Shown here piece by piece: positions 9,828 through 19,212 of a DNA stretch of 64,000 nt (its first letter is position 1; the number at the start of each line of letters is the position of its first letter). The notes below the pieces were generated by a model. It saw nothing but the letters and a program-made list of their open reading frames with translations, had not been told where the DNA came from and did no database searches. Origin of the DNA: Alphaproteobacteria bacterium (GTDB lineage: Bacteria > Pseudomonadota > Alphaproteobacteria > CALKHQ01); contig CBDDFZ010000001.1 in NCBI GenBank assembly GCA_965227515.1, positions 736,001 through 800,000 of the forward strand, read 5' to 3'. The position numbers and the translations under genes were made by a program.

Positions 9828-11083
9828 TGTCTCCAGCACCCGAAAAAGTCGTCATCATCGGCGCCGGCATCGTCGGCGTCGCCACCGCGCTGCGCCTGCA
9901 GGAGGCCGGCATCGCGGTCGAGATCGTCGACCGTGGCCCGCCCGGCGAGGGCACATCGTTCGGCAATGCCGGCGTGCTCGCCGCCGCGTCGGTGGTGCCG
10001 GTGACCACGCCCGGCCTGCTGAAGCGCACGCCGAAGATGCTGTTCTCCAAGGACGGGCCGCTCCACCTGCGCTGGTCCTACCTGCCCCGCATGCTGCCCT
10101 GGCTCAGCCAGTACCTCGGCCATTGCAAGCCGGAGCGGGTGCGGGCCATCGCCGCCGGGCTGGCGCCGCTGGTCGGCAACAGCCTGGAGGAGCATGAGGC
10201 GCTGGCCGCCGGCACGCCCGCTGCAAAGCGCATCCAGCGCCGGCCCTACGTCTTCGTCTACCGCGACAGGGCAGCCTTCGAGGGCGACGGTTTCGGCTGG
10301 GAGCTGAGGCGCGCCAATGGCTTCACCTGGCACGAGGCGGAAGGCGACGCGGTGTTCGAGCGCGAGCCGGCCCTGGCCCGCCACTACCGCTTCGCGGCGT
10401 TCTGCGAGGACCAGCACGGCATCGTCACCTCGCCCGGCGACTACGTGAAGGACCTTGCCGCCCACTTCGTGGCCCAGGGCGGCACCATCACCCAGGCCGC
10501 GGTCGAGGGGTTCGACCAGGCCGACGGCAAGGTCACGGGCATTCGAACCGCCACCGGCGCAATCGCGGCCGACACCATCGTGGTCGCGGCCGGCGCGTGG
10601 TCGGCGCGGGTGCTTGCCGGCCTCGGCATCAAGATCCCGCTGGAGAGCGAGCGCGGCTACCACGTCGAGTTCGTCGGCGGCACGCCGCAACCTCATGGTG
10701 CGTTGATGGTCGCCGATGCCAAGTTCGTCATCACGCCGATGGACGGACGATTGCGCGCCGCCGGCATGGTGGAGTTCGGCGGCCTGGACGCCGGCCCCTC
10801 GACCAAGCCCCCCGCCACCATGATCCGCCGCATCGCCGAGGTGCTGCCCGGCATCGAATACGCCAGCCACCGCACCTGGCTGGGCCACCGCCCCGCCACC
10901 ACCGACAGCCTGCCGGTGATCGGGCCGCTGAGCCGCCATCCCAACGTCCACCTGGCGTTCGGCCACCATCATGTCGGGCTGACGAGTGGTCCGCGCACCG
11001 GCCGCCTGGTCGCCGACACCATCACCGGGCGCCACCCGAACATCGACCTGAGCCCCTACAGTGCTGCGCGGTTTAACGCTTGA
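9827..11083 (+). CDS. FAD-dependent D-amino acid dehydrogenase (DadA-like)
   Basis: 'VVIIGAGIVG', 'TSFGNAG', 'ERGYH', 'WLGHRP', 'AFGHHHVGLT'; ATG overlaps the upstream TGA. Confidence 0.9.
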   Translation: MSPAPEKVVIIGAGIVGVATALRLQEAGIAVEIVDRGPPGEGTSFGNAGVLAAASVVPVTTPGLLKRTPKMLFSKDGPLHLRWSYLPRMLPWLSQYLGHCKPERVRAIAAGLAPLVGNSLEEHEALAAGTPAAKRIQRRPYVFVYRDRAAFEGDGFGWELRRANGFTWHEAEGDAVFEREPALARHYRFAAFCEDQHGIVTSPGDYVKDLAAHFVAQGGTITQAAVEGFDQADGKVTGIRTATGAIAADTIVVAAGAWSARVLAGLGIKIPLESERGYHVEFVGGTPQPHGALMVADAKFVITPMDGRLRAAGMVEFGGLDAGPSTKPPATMIRRIAEVLPGIEYASHRTWLGHRPATTDSLPVIGPLSRHPNVHLAFGHHHVGLTSGPRTGRLVADTITGRHPNIDLSPYSAARFNA

Positions 11084-11173
11084 GGGTTCGCGCGACCTCA
11101 CCCTATGCTGGCATTCACGCGGCAAAGCCCGCCGATGCAGGGAACCGTCGAGGGAACGAAGGAGACCAATAAT

Positions 11174-12148
11174 ATGCGCAAGACATTGATTCTGGCCGCG
11201 GCCGCCACCGGCGCCGCGTTCATGGCATCAGCCGCCCAGGCCGAGACCTGGGACATGCCGATGGCCTATGCCGCGACCAACTTCCACTCCGCCACCGGCG
11301 CTGAGTTCGCAAGCTGCGTCACCACCGGCACCGGCGGCGCGCTGGAGATCGTCACCCACCCGTCCGGCTCGCTGTTTGCGGGCGCGGAGATCAAGCGCGC
11401 GATCCAGACCGGCCAGGTGCCGATCGGCGAACGCCTGCTCTCCGGCCACCAGAACGAGAATGCGCTGTTCGGCATCGACAGCGTGCCGTTCTTGGCAACC
11501 TCGTTCGACGATGCCGCCCGGCTGTGGGACGTGGCCGAGCCGGCGATGTCGGAGCTGTTGGAGAGCCAGAACCTGAAGCTGCTCTACTCGGTGCCGTGGC
11601 CGCCGCAGGGCATCTACACCAACAAGCCGATTGAATCGATTGGCGACCTCGCCGGCGTGAAGTTCCGCGCCTACAACATCGCGACCGAGCGGCTGGCCGA
11701 GCTGGCCGACATGATCCCGGTGCAGGTCGAGGCCGCCGAGCTGAGCCAGGCGCTCGCCACCGGTGTCGCCGAGGCGTTCATCTCGTCGGGTGCCACCGGC
11801 TATGACCGCAAGGTCTGGGAGCACCTGAGCCACTTCTACGAGGTCGATGCCTGGCTGCCGCGCAACTATGTGATGGTGAACCTGGAGTCCTGGAACGGCC
11901 TGGACGAGGCGACCCAGAACGTGATCCTGGGCTGCGCCGAGCTGGCCGAGTATGCCGGCACCTGGCGGGCCAAGGAGTACACCGGCTTCACGCTGCAGGG
12001 CTTGCGCGACGGCGGCATGACCGTCGAGCGCGCCGGCGAGCAGCTCGCCGGCGACTTCCGCGCCATCGGCGAGACGATGACCGCTGAGTGGCTGGAGCAG
12101 GCCGGCGACGAGGGCCAGGCGATCATCGACGCCTTCAACGCCGAGTAG
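11174..12148 (+). CDS. dctP: TRAP transporter substrate-binding protein
   Basis: Signal peptide, 'WDMPMAY', 'PWPPQG', 'GVKFRAYN'; followed by small and large permeases. Confidence 0.9.
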   Translation: MRKTLILAAAATGAAFMASAAQAETWDMPMAYAATNFHSATGAEFASCVTTGTGGALEIVTHPSGSLFAGAEIKRAIQTGQVPIGERLLSGHQNENALFGIDSVPFLATSFDDAARLWDVAEPAMSELLESQNLKLLYSVPWPPQGIYTNKPIESIGDLAGVKFRAYNIATERLAELADMIPVQVEAAELSQALATGVAEAFISSGATGYDRKVWEHLSHFYEVDAWLPRNYVMVNLESWNGLDEATQNVILGCAELAEYAGTWRAKEYTGFTLQGLRDGGMTVERAGEQLAGDFRAIGETMTAEWLEQAGDEGQAIIDAFNAE

Positions 12149-12169
12149 CTCCAACCACAAGCCAAGGGT

Positions 12170-12273
12170 CGTCATTGCGAGGAGCAGAGCGACGCGGCAA
12201 TCCAGTGCATCGTTTCGGCAAGTCGTGCCATCGCCTGGATCGCCGCGCCCGCTGATGCGGGCTCGCGATGACG
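12170..12273. repeat. CGTC-tagged palindromic repeat (CGTCATTGCGAG...CTCGC(A/G)ATGACG), copy 1
   Basis: Terminal inverted repeat; homologous to 23310-23439 and 61216-61339. Confidence 0.85.
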
Positions 12274-12319
12274 GCATTCTTATTGTGTCGTTGCTCCCTC
12301 CCAACACATCAACCGCACC

Positions 12320-12856
12320 ATGACCCGCGGGCTGGCGATACTGCGCCGGGTGCTCGACGGCCTCTATCTGGCCGGCGGGGTGCTCGGCGCGCTGTTCCTG
12401 ATCGCCATCCTGGTCCTGATCGTGGCGCAGATGGTGGCGCGGTGGACCTCTACCACCCTGCCGGGGGTGGCCGAGTACGCCGGCTATTGCATGGCCGCCT
12501 CCTCGTTCTTCGCGCTCGCCTACGCGCTGAACAAGGGCGCGCATATCCGGGTCAGCCTGTTGCTGACAGCGCTCGGCCGCCACCGCCGGATCGGCGAGAT
12601 CTGGTGCTATGCCATCGGCGCCATCACCGCGGTGTTCTTCACCTGGTACGCCATCGACGCCACCTGGCTGTCCTACAAGATCAACGACATCAGCCAGTCG
12701 CAGGACGCGACCCCGCTGTGGATTCCGCAGCTTTCCATGGCGCTGGGGGCGCTGTTGCTGTCGCTGGCGCTGGTCGACCATCTGGTGCGCATCGTCTTCA
12801 CCGGGCACCTGGGCGCCGAGCGGGCCGGCCTGGAAGATCAAAGCCATGCGGAATAG
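12320..12856 (+). CDS. dctQ: TRAP transporter small permease
   Basis: Four hydrophobic segments, 'GAHIRVSLL', 'TPLWIPQ'. Confidence 0.9.
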   Translation: MTRGLAILRRVLDGLYLAGGVLGALFLIAILVLIVAQMVARWTSTTLPGVAEYAGYCMAASSFFALAYALNKGAHIRVSLLLTALGRHRRIGEIWCYAIGAITAVFFTWYAIDATWLSYKINDISQSQDATPLWIPQLSMALGALLLSLALVDHLVRIVFTGHLGAERAGLEDQSHAE

Positions 12857-12880
12857 GCGCCACTTCATGCGGTGCAGACC

Positions 12881-14206
12881 ATGAACGAGGTCTATCTGAT
12901 CGGCGCGTTCCTGTTCGTGCTGTTCCTGTTGCTTGGGACGGGCGTGTGGATCGGGCTCGCGCTGATCGGCGTCGCCTATGTCGGCATGGAACTCTCCATG
13001 GAACTGGCCGGGCAGCGCCTGTTCCCCGGCGACACCATGATCACCAAGATCTGGTCGTCGTCTTCGAGCTGGACGCTGACCGCGCTGCCGCTGTTCATCT
13101 GGATGGGTGAGGTGCTGTTCCGCACCCGCCTGTCGGAGGACATGTTCAAGGGCCTGGCGCCCTGGATGGCGCGGCTGCCGGGCGGATTGCTGCACACCAA
13201 CGTGGTCGGCTGCACCATCTTCGCCGCGGTCTCGGGCTCGTCGGCGGCCACCCTGACCACGGTCGGCAAGATGTCGATCCCGGAACTGCGCAAGCGCGGC
13301 TACCCGGAATTCATGACCATCGGCACGCTGGCCGGGTCGGCCACGCTGGGCCTGATGATCCCGCCGTCGCTGACGCTGATCGTCTATGGCGTCACCATCA
13401 ACGAGTCGATCACCGCGTTGTTCTTCGCCGGCATCCTGCCCGGCCTGGTGCTGGCCGGCCTGTTCATGGCCTATGTCGTGGCCTGGCATTTCCTGCGGCC
13501 CAACCAGCGCCCGGCACCGGAACCGCGCATGCCGTTCCTCGACAAGCTCAGGAACTCACGCTTCCTGCTGCCGGTGATCTTCCTGGTCGTGCTGGTCATC
13601 GGCTCGATGTATTTCGGCTGGGCGACCCCGACCGAGGCGGCGGCCTTCGGCGTGCTCGGCTCGATGGCGCTGGCGGGGTTGCAGCGGTCGCTGACCTGGC
13701 GCTCGTTCACCGCCAGCCTGATGGGGGCGACCCGCACGTCGTGCATGATCGCGATGATCCTGATGGGGGCGTCTTTCCTGTCGGTCTCGATGGGCTTCAC
13801 CGGGCTGCCGCGCAACATGGCGGACTGGATCGCGTCCATGGAGCTGTCCCGGTTCGAGCTGATCATGGCGCTGATGGTGTTCTACATCATCATCGGCTGC
13901 TTCCTGGACGGCATCTCGTCGGTGGTGCTGACCATGGCGGTGGTGGAACCGATGGTCCGCGACGCCGGCATCGACCTGATCTGGTTCGGCATCTTCATCG
14001 TGGTGGTGGTGGAGATGGCGCAGATCACGCCGCCGATCGGCTTCAACCTGTTCGTCATGCAGGGCATGACCCACCACGAGATCGGCTATGTCGCGCGCAC
14101 CGCGCTGCCGATGTTCGGCCTGATGGTGGTGATGGTGTTCCTGCTGATCGAGTTCGAGGGGCTGGCGACCTGGCTGCCCACCACCGTCCGCGAAGGCCCG
14201 GGGTAG
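12881..14206 (+). CDS. dctM: TRAP transporter large permease
   Basis: 'ALPLFIWMGE', 'FAAVSGSSAAT', 'LGLMIPPS', 'ITPPIGFNLFV'. Confidence 0.95.
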   Translation: MNEVYLIGAFLFVLFLLLGTGVWIGLALIGVAYVGMELSMELAGQRLFPGDTMITKIWSSSSSWTLTALPLFIWMGEVLFRTRLSEDMFKGLAPWMARLPGGLLHTNVVGCTIFAAVSGSSAATLTTVGKMSIPELRKRGYPEFMTIGTLAGSATLGLMIPPSLTLIVYGVTINESITALFFAGILPGLVLAGLFMAYVVAWHFLRPNQRPAPEPRMPFLDKLRNSRFLLPVIFLVVLVIGSMYFGWATPTEAAAFGVLGSMALAGLQRSLTWRSFTASLMGATRTSCMIAMILMGASFLSVSMGFTGLPRNMADWIASMELSRFELIMALMVFYIIIGCFLDGISSVVLTMAVVEPMVRDAGIDLIWFGIFIVVVVEMAQITPPIGFNLFVMQGMTHHEIGYVARTALPMFGLMVVMVFLLIEFEGLATWLPTTVREGPG

Positions 14207-14224
14207 GCTTCAAGCGAGAGACAT

Positions 14225-14280
14225 GTAGCCTGGGTGGAGCGTAGCGAAACCTGGGTTCCACTTCGTTTCACCCAGGCTAC
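14225..14280. repeat. GTAG-tagged REP element (intact, empty copy)
   Basis: GTAGCCTGGGTG...CACCCAGGCTAC perfect 12-bp terminal inverted repeat between convergent genes; reverse complement is 49/56 identical to the IS-interrupted copy at 47621/49054. Confidence 0.9.
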
Positions 14281-14310
14281 GACACTTGCGTGGGCGGCGA
14301 TGACGGCGTG

Positions 14311-15081
14311 TTACACATTCCGCTGAAACGGTGCCGCCAGCAGGCGCAGGATGTTCTGGTCGTGGCGGTCGGGCACGCCGATCGGCATGTCCAGGCGGCG
14401 CGGGTTCGGGCTCTTCGAGCCGAAGATGCGGTCCCAAACGCTCAGCACATTGGCATAGTTGGAGTTGAGGTCGCGCGCCTCGGCATGGTGGTGCACCCAG
14501 TGGATGCCGGGGGTGACGATCACCCACGACAACGCCCGGTCCACCGCTGGCGCGATGCGGATGTTGGAGTGGTGGAAAAGGGCGGCAGCCAGCACCAGGG
14601 TCTCGGCCACCAGCACGGACGTCAGCGGCAGGGCGAGCGCCAGGATCACGCCCAGCCGCGCGGTCGCCGACAGCAGCACCTCGCCGATATGGAAGCGCAC
14701 GGCAGACGTGGTGTCGAGCGTCGTCTCGATGTGATGGACGTGGTGGAACCGCCACAGCACGTCCAGCCGGTGGTTCAGTCGGTGCCACCAGTAGATCAGG
14801 CAGTCGTAGATCACCAGGTCGATGGCCAGCCCTAGTCCGCCCGACCACCAGTCTGGGCGCTGCCACAGCGGATCATTGGCCACCCAGGCGGTAACCGGCA
14901 CGATGATCAGGATCGAGGCGCCGGTATTGACCAGCCACAGGCCGACATTGCGCACCAGGCGCGCGACATCGAACACCGTGCGAATGGCGGCCGCCGGCTG
15001 CCACCGTTCCCAGGCGAACAGCACGGCGAACACGGCGGCCACCGCGACGGTCTTGTACGTCAGCAGGTCTTCGACGGTCAT
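14311..15081 (-). CDS. Sterol desaturase / fatty acid hydroxylase family membrane protein
   Basis: His boxes 'YWWHRLNH', 'WRFHHVHH', 'FHHSN', 'HWVHHH'. Confidence 0.9.
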   Translation of the reverse strand: MTVEDLLTYKTVAVAAVFAVLFAWERWQPAAAIRTVFDVARLVRNVGLWLVNTGASILIIVPVTAWVANDPLWQRPDWWSGGLGLAIDLVIYDCLIYWWHRLNHRLDVLWRFHHVHHIETTLDTTSAVRFHIGEVLLSATARLGVILALALPLTSVLVAETLVLAAALFHHSNIRIAPAVDRALSWVIVTPGIHWVHHHAEARDLNSNYANVLSVWDRIFGSKSPNPRRLDMPIGVPDRHDQNILRLLAAPFQRNV

Positions 15082-15176
15082 GCATGCTCCATGGCGGCCG
15101 GCACCATATCAGAGCTTCCGCCCAGGCGGTGATGACGGCTTGTCGAGCCGATGTGAACACCGTTAGAAATTCCCTC

Positions 15177-15980
15177 ATGAAACTCGCTACCTGGAACATC
15201 AATTCGGTCCGCCTGCGCCGGCCGATTGTCGACCGGCTGATCGCCGAGCACGCGCCAGACGTGATCTGCCTGCAGGAAACCAAGGTGCAGGACGCCGACT
15301 TCCCGCACGCCTTCTTCCAGGAGCGCGGCTACAAGCACCGCGAGATCTATGGCCGCAAGAACTGGCACGGGGTTGCCATCGTCTCCCGGCTGCCGTTCAG
15401 CGCCTCGGGCCGGCGCGACTGGTGCGACCTGTCCGACGGCCGCCACGTGCACGCCACCATCGGCGATGCGGGGGGCGAGGGCATCGAGGTGCACTCCTAC
15501 TACGTGCCGTCCGGCGGCGATGTTCCCGACCCGGCACAGAACGAGAAGTTCGCCCACAAGCTCAGATTCATGACCGAGCAGACCGACCACTGGCGCGAGC
15601 TGCGCGATGACAACGCCAAGCGCGTCATCGTCGGCGACTTCAACGTGGCGCCGCTGGAAACCGACGTCTGGTCGCACAAGCAATTGCTGGACGTGGTCAG
15701 CCACACACCGATCGAGGTCGAGCACCTGGCGGCATGGCAGGACGCCGGCGGCTGGGTCGACGGCGTGCGCCGGATCATTCCGCCGGCCGAAAAGATCTAT
15801 AGCTGGTGGAGCTACCGCGCCAAGGACTGGCGCGCGTCGAACCGCGGCCGGCGGCTGGACCATGTGTGGGTGACGCCGGCGCTGGCGCCCGCGCTGACCG
15901 GCATCGAGGTCTTGGCCGACGCCCGTGGGTGGGAGAAGCCCAGCGACCACGTGCCGGTGATCGCGACGTTCGAGGTGTAG
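15177..15980 (+). CDS. xth: Exodeoxyribonuclease III
   Basis: 'KLATWNINSVR', 'CLQETK', 'GDFNVAP', 'YSWWSYR', 'RLDH', 'SDHVPV'. Confidence 0.95.
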   Translation: MKLATWNINSVRLRRPIVDRLIAEHAPDVICLQETKVQDADFPHAFFQERGYKHREIYGRKNWHGVAIVSRLPFSASGRRDWCDLSDGRHVHATIGDAGGEGIEVHSYYVPSGGDVPDPAQNEKFAHKLRFMTEQTDHWRELRDDNAKRVIVGDFNVAPLETDVWSHKQLLDVVSHTPIEVEHLAAWQDAGGWVDGVRRIIPPAEKIYSWWSYRAKDWRASNRGRRLDHVWVTPALAPALTGIEVLADARGWEKPSDHVPVIATFEV

Positions 15981-16028
15981 GACGGCGGCCTTCCTACGAG
16001 TAGTCACTGGATCCGAGCCAAAAACACA

Positions 16029-16204
16029 TTGATGCCCTCGGCCTTGTGCCGAGGGCCCATCTAGCCGCCCCCTGCGGTCGATCGGCAAGAATCCTCCGAT
16101 GTCCAACGGCGTTATTGTCTCGCCCCATCCGGGGTGTTGCGGGCCGGTTCTGGCACCGCGCCCGATATTGCCATGGGCCCTCGGCACAAGGCCGAGGGCG
16201 TCAA
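16029..16204. repeat. REP doublet (REPIN-like): 32-bp inverted arms, each internally palindromic, around a 112-bp spacer
   Basis: 16029-16060 is 31/32 identical to the reverse complement of 16173-16204. Confidence 0.85.
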
Positions 16205-16219
16205 GATGGGATTGAGAAG

Positions 16220-17191
16220 CTACCGCGCCCGGGGGTGGGCGGCATCGTAGACCTTGCGCAACTGCGCCATATCGACGGCGGTGTAGCGCTGGGTCGCGGC
16301 CAGCGAGGCGTGGCCGAGCAGTTCCTGGATCGTACGCAGGTCGCCGCCGCCGGCCAGCAGGTGGGTCGCGAAGCTGTGGCGCAGCGCATGCGGGGTGGCG
16401 TGCTCCGGCAGGCCCAGGGCCGCGCGCACCAGGCGCATCGCCTTCTGGGCGACCGCGGGCTGCAGCCGGCCGCCGCGCGCGCCCCGGAACAGCGGTGCGT
16501 CCTCGCTCGCCGGGTAGGGGCACGCGTCCAGATAGGCGGCGACGGCCTGCTCGACCACCGGCAGCACCGGCACCTGGCGTACCTTGCCGCCCTTGCCGAG
16601 CACCCGGACCCGGCCATCCGCCGGCCGGTCGCCCGCGTTCAGCGCCAGCGCCTCCCCGATGCGCAGCCCGCAGCCATAGAGCAGGGTGAGGAGCGCGGTG
16701 TCGCGCAGGCCGATCCAGTCCTGGTCCGCCATCGCCTCGGCGGTCTCCAGGGCGGCGACCGCGTCGTCGGGCGCCAGTGCCTTCGGCGTCGTCACCGGCA
16801 GCCGCGGCCCGCGCAGCACGGCAGCCGAGGTGTTCTTGCACACGCCCTGCCGCTCCAGATGGCGGAAGAAGCCGCGCACCACCGACAGCCCGCGCGCCAC
16901 CGAGGTCTTGGCCATGCCGCGCGCGGTGCGGCGCGCCAGCCACGCCCGCAGGTCGGAGACCGAGACCGCGGCCAGCGTTGCCTGTGTGACCGTGGCGCCC
17001 GTGTGCTCGCTCAGGAATCCCAGGAAATCCGCCATATCGCGGCTGTAGGCGGCGACCGTGTGGGCGGAACAGTTGCGCTCCACCGCCAGCCGATGGCGCC
17101 AGCCCTCGACAAGGCCGCGCACGTCGTCGCCAACGCTGTCGGCGAGCGGATCGGCCAGGCCAGGCGCTGCGTCGGGCGGTCGAGTCGGCAT
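16220..17191 (-). CDS. xerC: Tyrosine recombinase XerC
   Basis: 'LLYGCGLRIGE', 'VLGKGGKVR', 'TPHALRHSFATHLL', 'LLGHASLAATQRYT'. Confidence 0.9.
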   Translation of the reverse strand: MPTRPPDAAPGLADPLADSVGDDVRGLVEGWRHRLAVERNCSAHTVAAYSRDMADFLGFLSEHTGATVTQATLAAVSVSDLRAWLARRTARGMAKTSVARGLSVVRGFFRHLERQGVCKNTSAAVLRGPRLPVTTPKALAPDDAVAALETAEAMADQDWIGLRDTALLTLLYGCGLRIGEALALNAGDRPADGRVRVLGKGGKVRQVPVLPVVEQAVAAYLDACPYPASEDAPLFRGARGGRLQPAVAQKAMRLVRAALGLPEHATPHALRHSFATHLLAGGGDLRTIQELLGHASLAATQRYTAVDMAQLRKVYDAAHPRAR

Positions 17192-17261
17192 GCGGCCATA
17201 TTACCGATGCCCGGGTCGAATTGGCGCCGCCGCATTAACGTCTCAACAACAGCGGGCTGGC

Positions 17262-18248
17262 ATGCTCGGACGCATCGGCTCGCGCCGCATGTGGTGGCGG
17301 GCCCTCATGGTCAGGAAGATCGCAATGCGCAACATGATCATCGGCGTGTTTCTGGGCGTCGGCCTGGTGTGGGTGGCCTGGACCTATCTACGCTCCGACA
17401 TGAACTCGGAATGCTACGACGCCGGCCAGCGCGGCGACTACGAGCGCCAGGTCGAAGCCTGTACCGCATTCATCGACCGCGCCTCGATGGTCGGCCTGGA
17501 TGCCGCCGTGCTCTACAACAATCGCGGCTCGGCCTATCTGGCGCTTGGCCAGTACGAGGAGGCGCTGGCCGACCTCACCGCGGCGATCGAAGACGAGCCG
17601 GAAATGGTCAACGCGCTGCTGAATCGGGCCGCGACCTATGCGCAGATGGAGCGGTACGAGCGCGGCATCGAGGATATCGACCGCGCCCTGGCGCTGGTGC
17701 CCAATTCGGTGACCGCCTATGTCGGGCGCAGCCGCTTGCTGCGCGAACTGGGCCGGATGGAGGAGGCGCTGGCCGACCTGGACCGCGCGCTGAAACTGGC
17801 GCCGGCCAACTTCACCGCCCTGCACGACCGCGCCGAGCTGCGCGACCATCTGGGTGACAATGTCGCCGCCATCGAGGATTGCAACGCGGTGCTGGCGCTG
17901 TCGCCGGAAGATGCCAAGTGCCATTATCGCCTGGCGTGGCTGCACTATCGCCTCGACGGGGCGGAGCAGGCATTGGTGCATGCCACCGCCGCCCGCGAAC
18001 TGGTGCCGCAATCCTCCTACGTCCACGACATCTACGCCCGTGTCGCCGTGCGGCTGGGCCAACTGGATGACGCATTGGCCGCGTTCGACGATGCGCTGGG
18101 GCAGGAAGACAGCGACTACGTGCTGCGCCTGGAGCAGGCCCTGCTCGACAACGGCTACAATCCCGGCCAGGTGGACGGCGAGCCGGCACGCGAGACCTTG
18201 CAGGCGATCTCGGCCTGTCTGGGCGACGGCTGCGGCCTGTTCAACTGA
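17262..18248 (+). CDS. Membrane-anchored TPR-repeat protein with C-terminal peptidoglycan-binding-like motif
   Basis: TM segment, repeats such as 'YNNRGSAYLALGQYEEALADL', C-terminal 'LEQALLDNGYNPGQVDG'; start uncertain. Confidence 0.75.
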   Translation: MLGRIGSRRMWWRALMVRKIAMRNMIIGVFLGVGLVWVAWTYLRSDMNSECYDAGQRGDYERQVEACTAFIDRASMVGLDAAVLYNNRGSAYLALGQYEEALADLTAAIEDEPEMVNALLNRAATYAQMERYERGIEDIDRALALVPNSVTAYVGRSRLLRELGRMEEALADLDRALKLAPANFTALHDRAELRDHLGDNVAAIEDCNAVLALSPEDAKCHYRLAWLHYRLDGAEQALVHATAARELVPQSSYVHDIYARVAVRLGQLDDALAAFDDALGQEDSDYVLRLEQALLDNGYNPGQVDGEPARETLQAISACLGDGCGLFN

Positions 18249-18334
18249 TCGCGAGCCGGTGGCGGCCGCCATTGCGGCGCCTCCGAGGATGACCCAAGGT
18301 CCCGGTTCCTGAGCGAACCGAGGACCGCGCAAGC

Positions 18335-19201
18335 ATGACATTCAGGATCAGTGAGCGATGGCGCCGTGCCGCCGTCGCGGCCATGGCTGTTGCCGTGGTT
18401 GTTGCTGGGGCGGGCGCATGGCTGATGGGTGCCATGGCGCCGGCCCATGCGTGCAGCCTGACCACCGATTGCATGGTCGATGGCGGCACCTACCGTGTCG
18501 CCGTGCCATGGCAATGGGACGGCGCGTCGCCGTTGCCGGTCGCGGTCTACTTCCACGGCCACCAGTCCAGCGCCGAGGCCGTCCTCAACAACGAGAGCCT
18601 GGTGCGCGGCTTCTGGGAGCACGGCATCCTGCTGGTGGTGCCCAACGGCCGCGAGCGCACGTGGTCGAACGTCGGCGCACCGACCTCCGCGCGCGATGAG
18701 ATGGCGTTCATGGATGCGGTGCGCGCCGACGTGCTGGCGCGCTGGCCGGTCGATACGGACCGCCTGTGGGCCACCGGCTTCAGCCAGGGCGCCTCGGTGG
18801 TCTGGGACCTGGCGTGCTATCGCGGCGGCGACTACGCCGCCTATGTGCCGTTCTCCGGCGTGTTCTGGCAGCCCTTGCCCGAGGCGTGCCCGACCCCGGT
18901 CTCGCTGCGCCATGTCCACGGCACCCGGGACACCGTGTTCCCCATGGAGGGGCGGCAGATCGGCGCGCAATGGCACCAGGGCGATGCCGAGGTCAGCATG
19001 GCGCTGCTGCGCGAGGCCAACGGATGCGCCGACGATCCCGACACGGTCATCGAGGAAGGGGTGCTGAGCTGCCGTGTCTGGTCGTCATGCCAGTCGGGCA
19101 AGGAGCTTCGGTTTTGCACCTTCAATGGCGGCCACGAGCGCCCGGCCGGCTGGATCGACGGCGCCTGGAACTGGGTGGCGGCGCAGGCGGGCGCGGACTG
19201 A
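18335..19201 (+). CDS. Secreted alpha/beta hydrolase (LpqC/PHB depolymerase-like esterase)
   Basis: Signal peptide, 'YFHG', nucleophile 'GFSQG', 'HGTRDTVFP', 'GGH'. Confidence 0.85.
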   Translation: MTFRISERWRRAAVAAMAVAVVVAGAGAWLMGAMAPAHACSLTTDCMVDGGTYRVAVPWQWDGASPLPVAVYFHGHQSSAEAVLNNESLVRGFWEHGILLVVPNGRERTWSNVGAPTSARDEMAFMDAVRADVLARWPVDTDRLWATGFSQGASVVWDLACYRGGDYAAYVPFSGVFWQPLPEACPTPVSLRHVHGTRDTVFPMEGRQIGAQWHQGDAEVSMALLREANGCADDPDTVIEEGVLSCRVWSSCQSGKELRFCTFNGGHERPAGWIDGAWNWVAAQAGAD

Positions 19202-19212
19202 TCTCAGAAGTA

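Noticed and set aside
16220-17191. Tyrosine recombinase as a prophage or island integrase
   Set aside because: Motifs and length fit housekeeping XerC; no att sites, tRNA or phage genes nearby.
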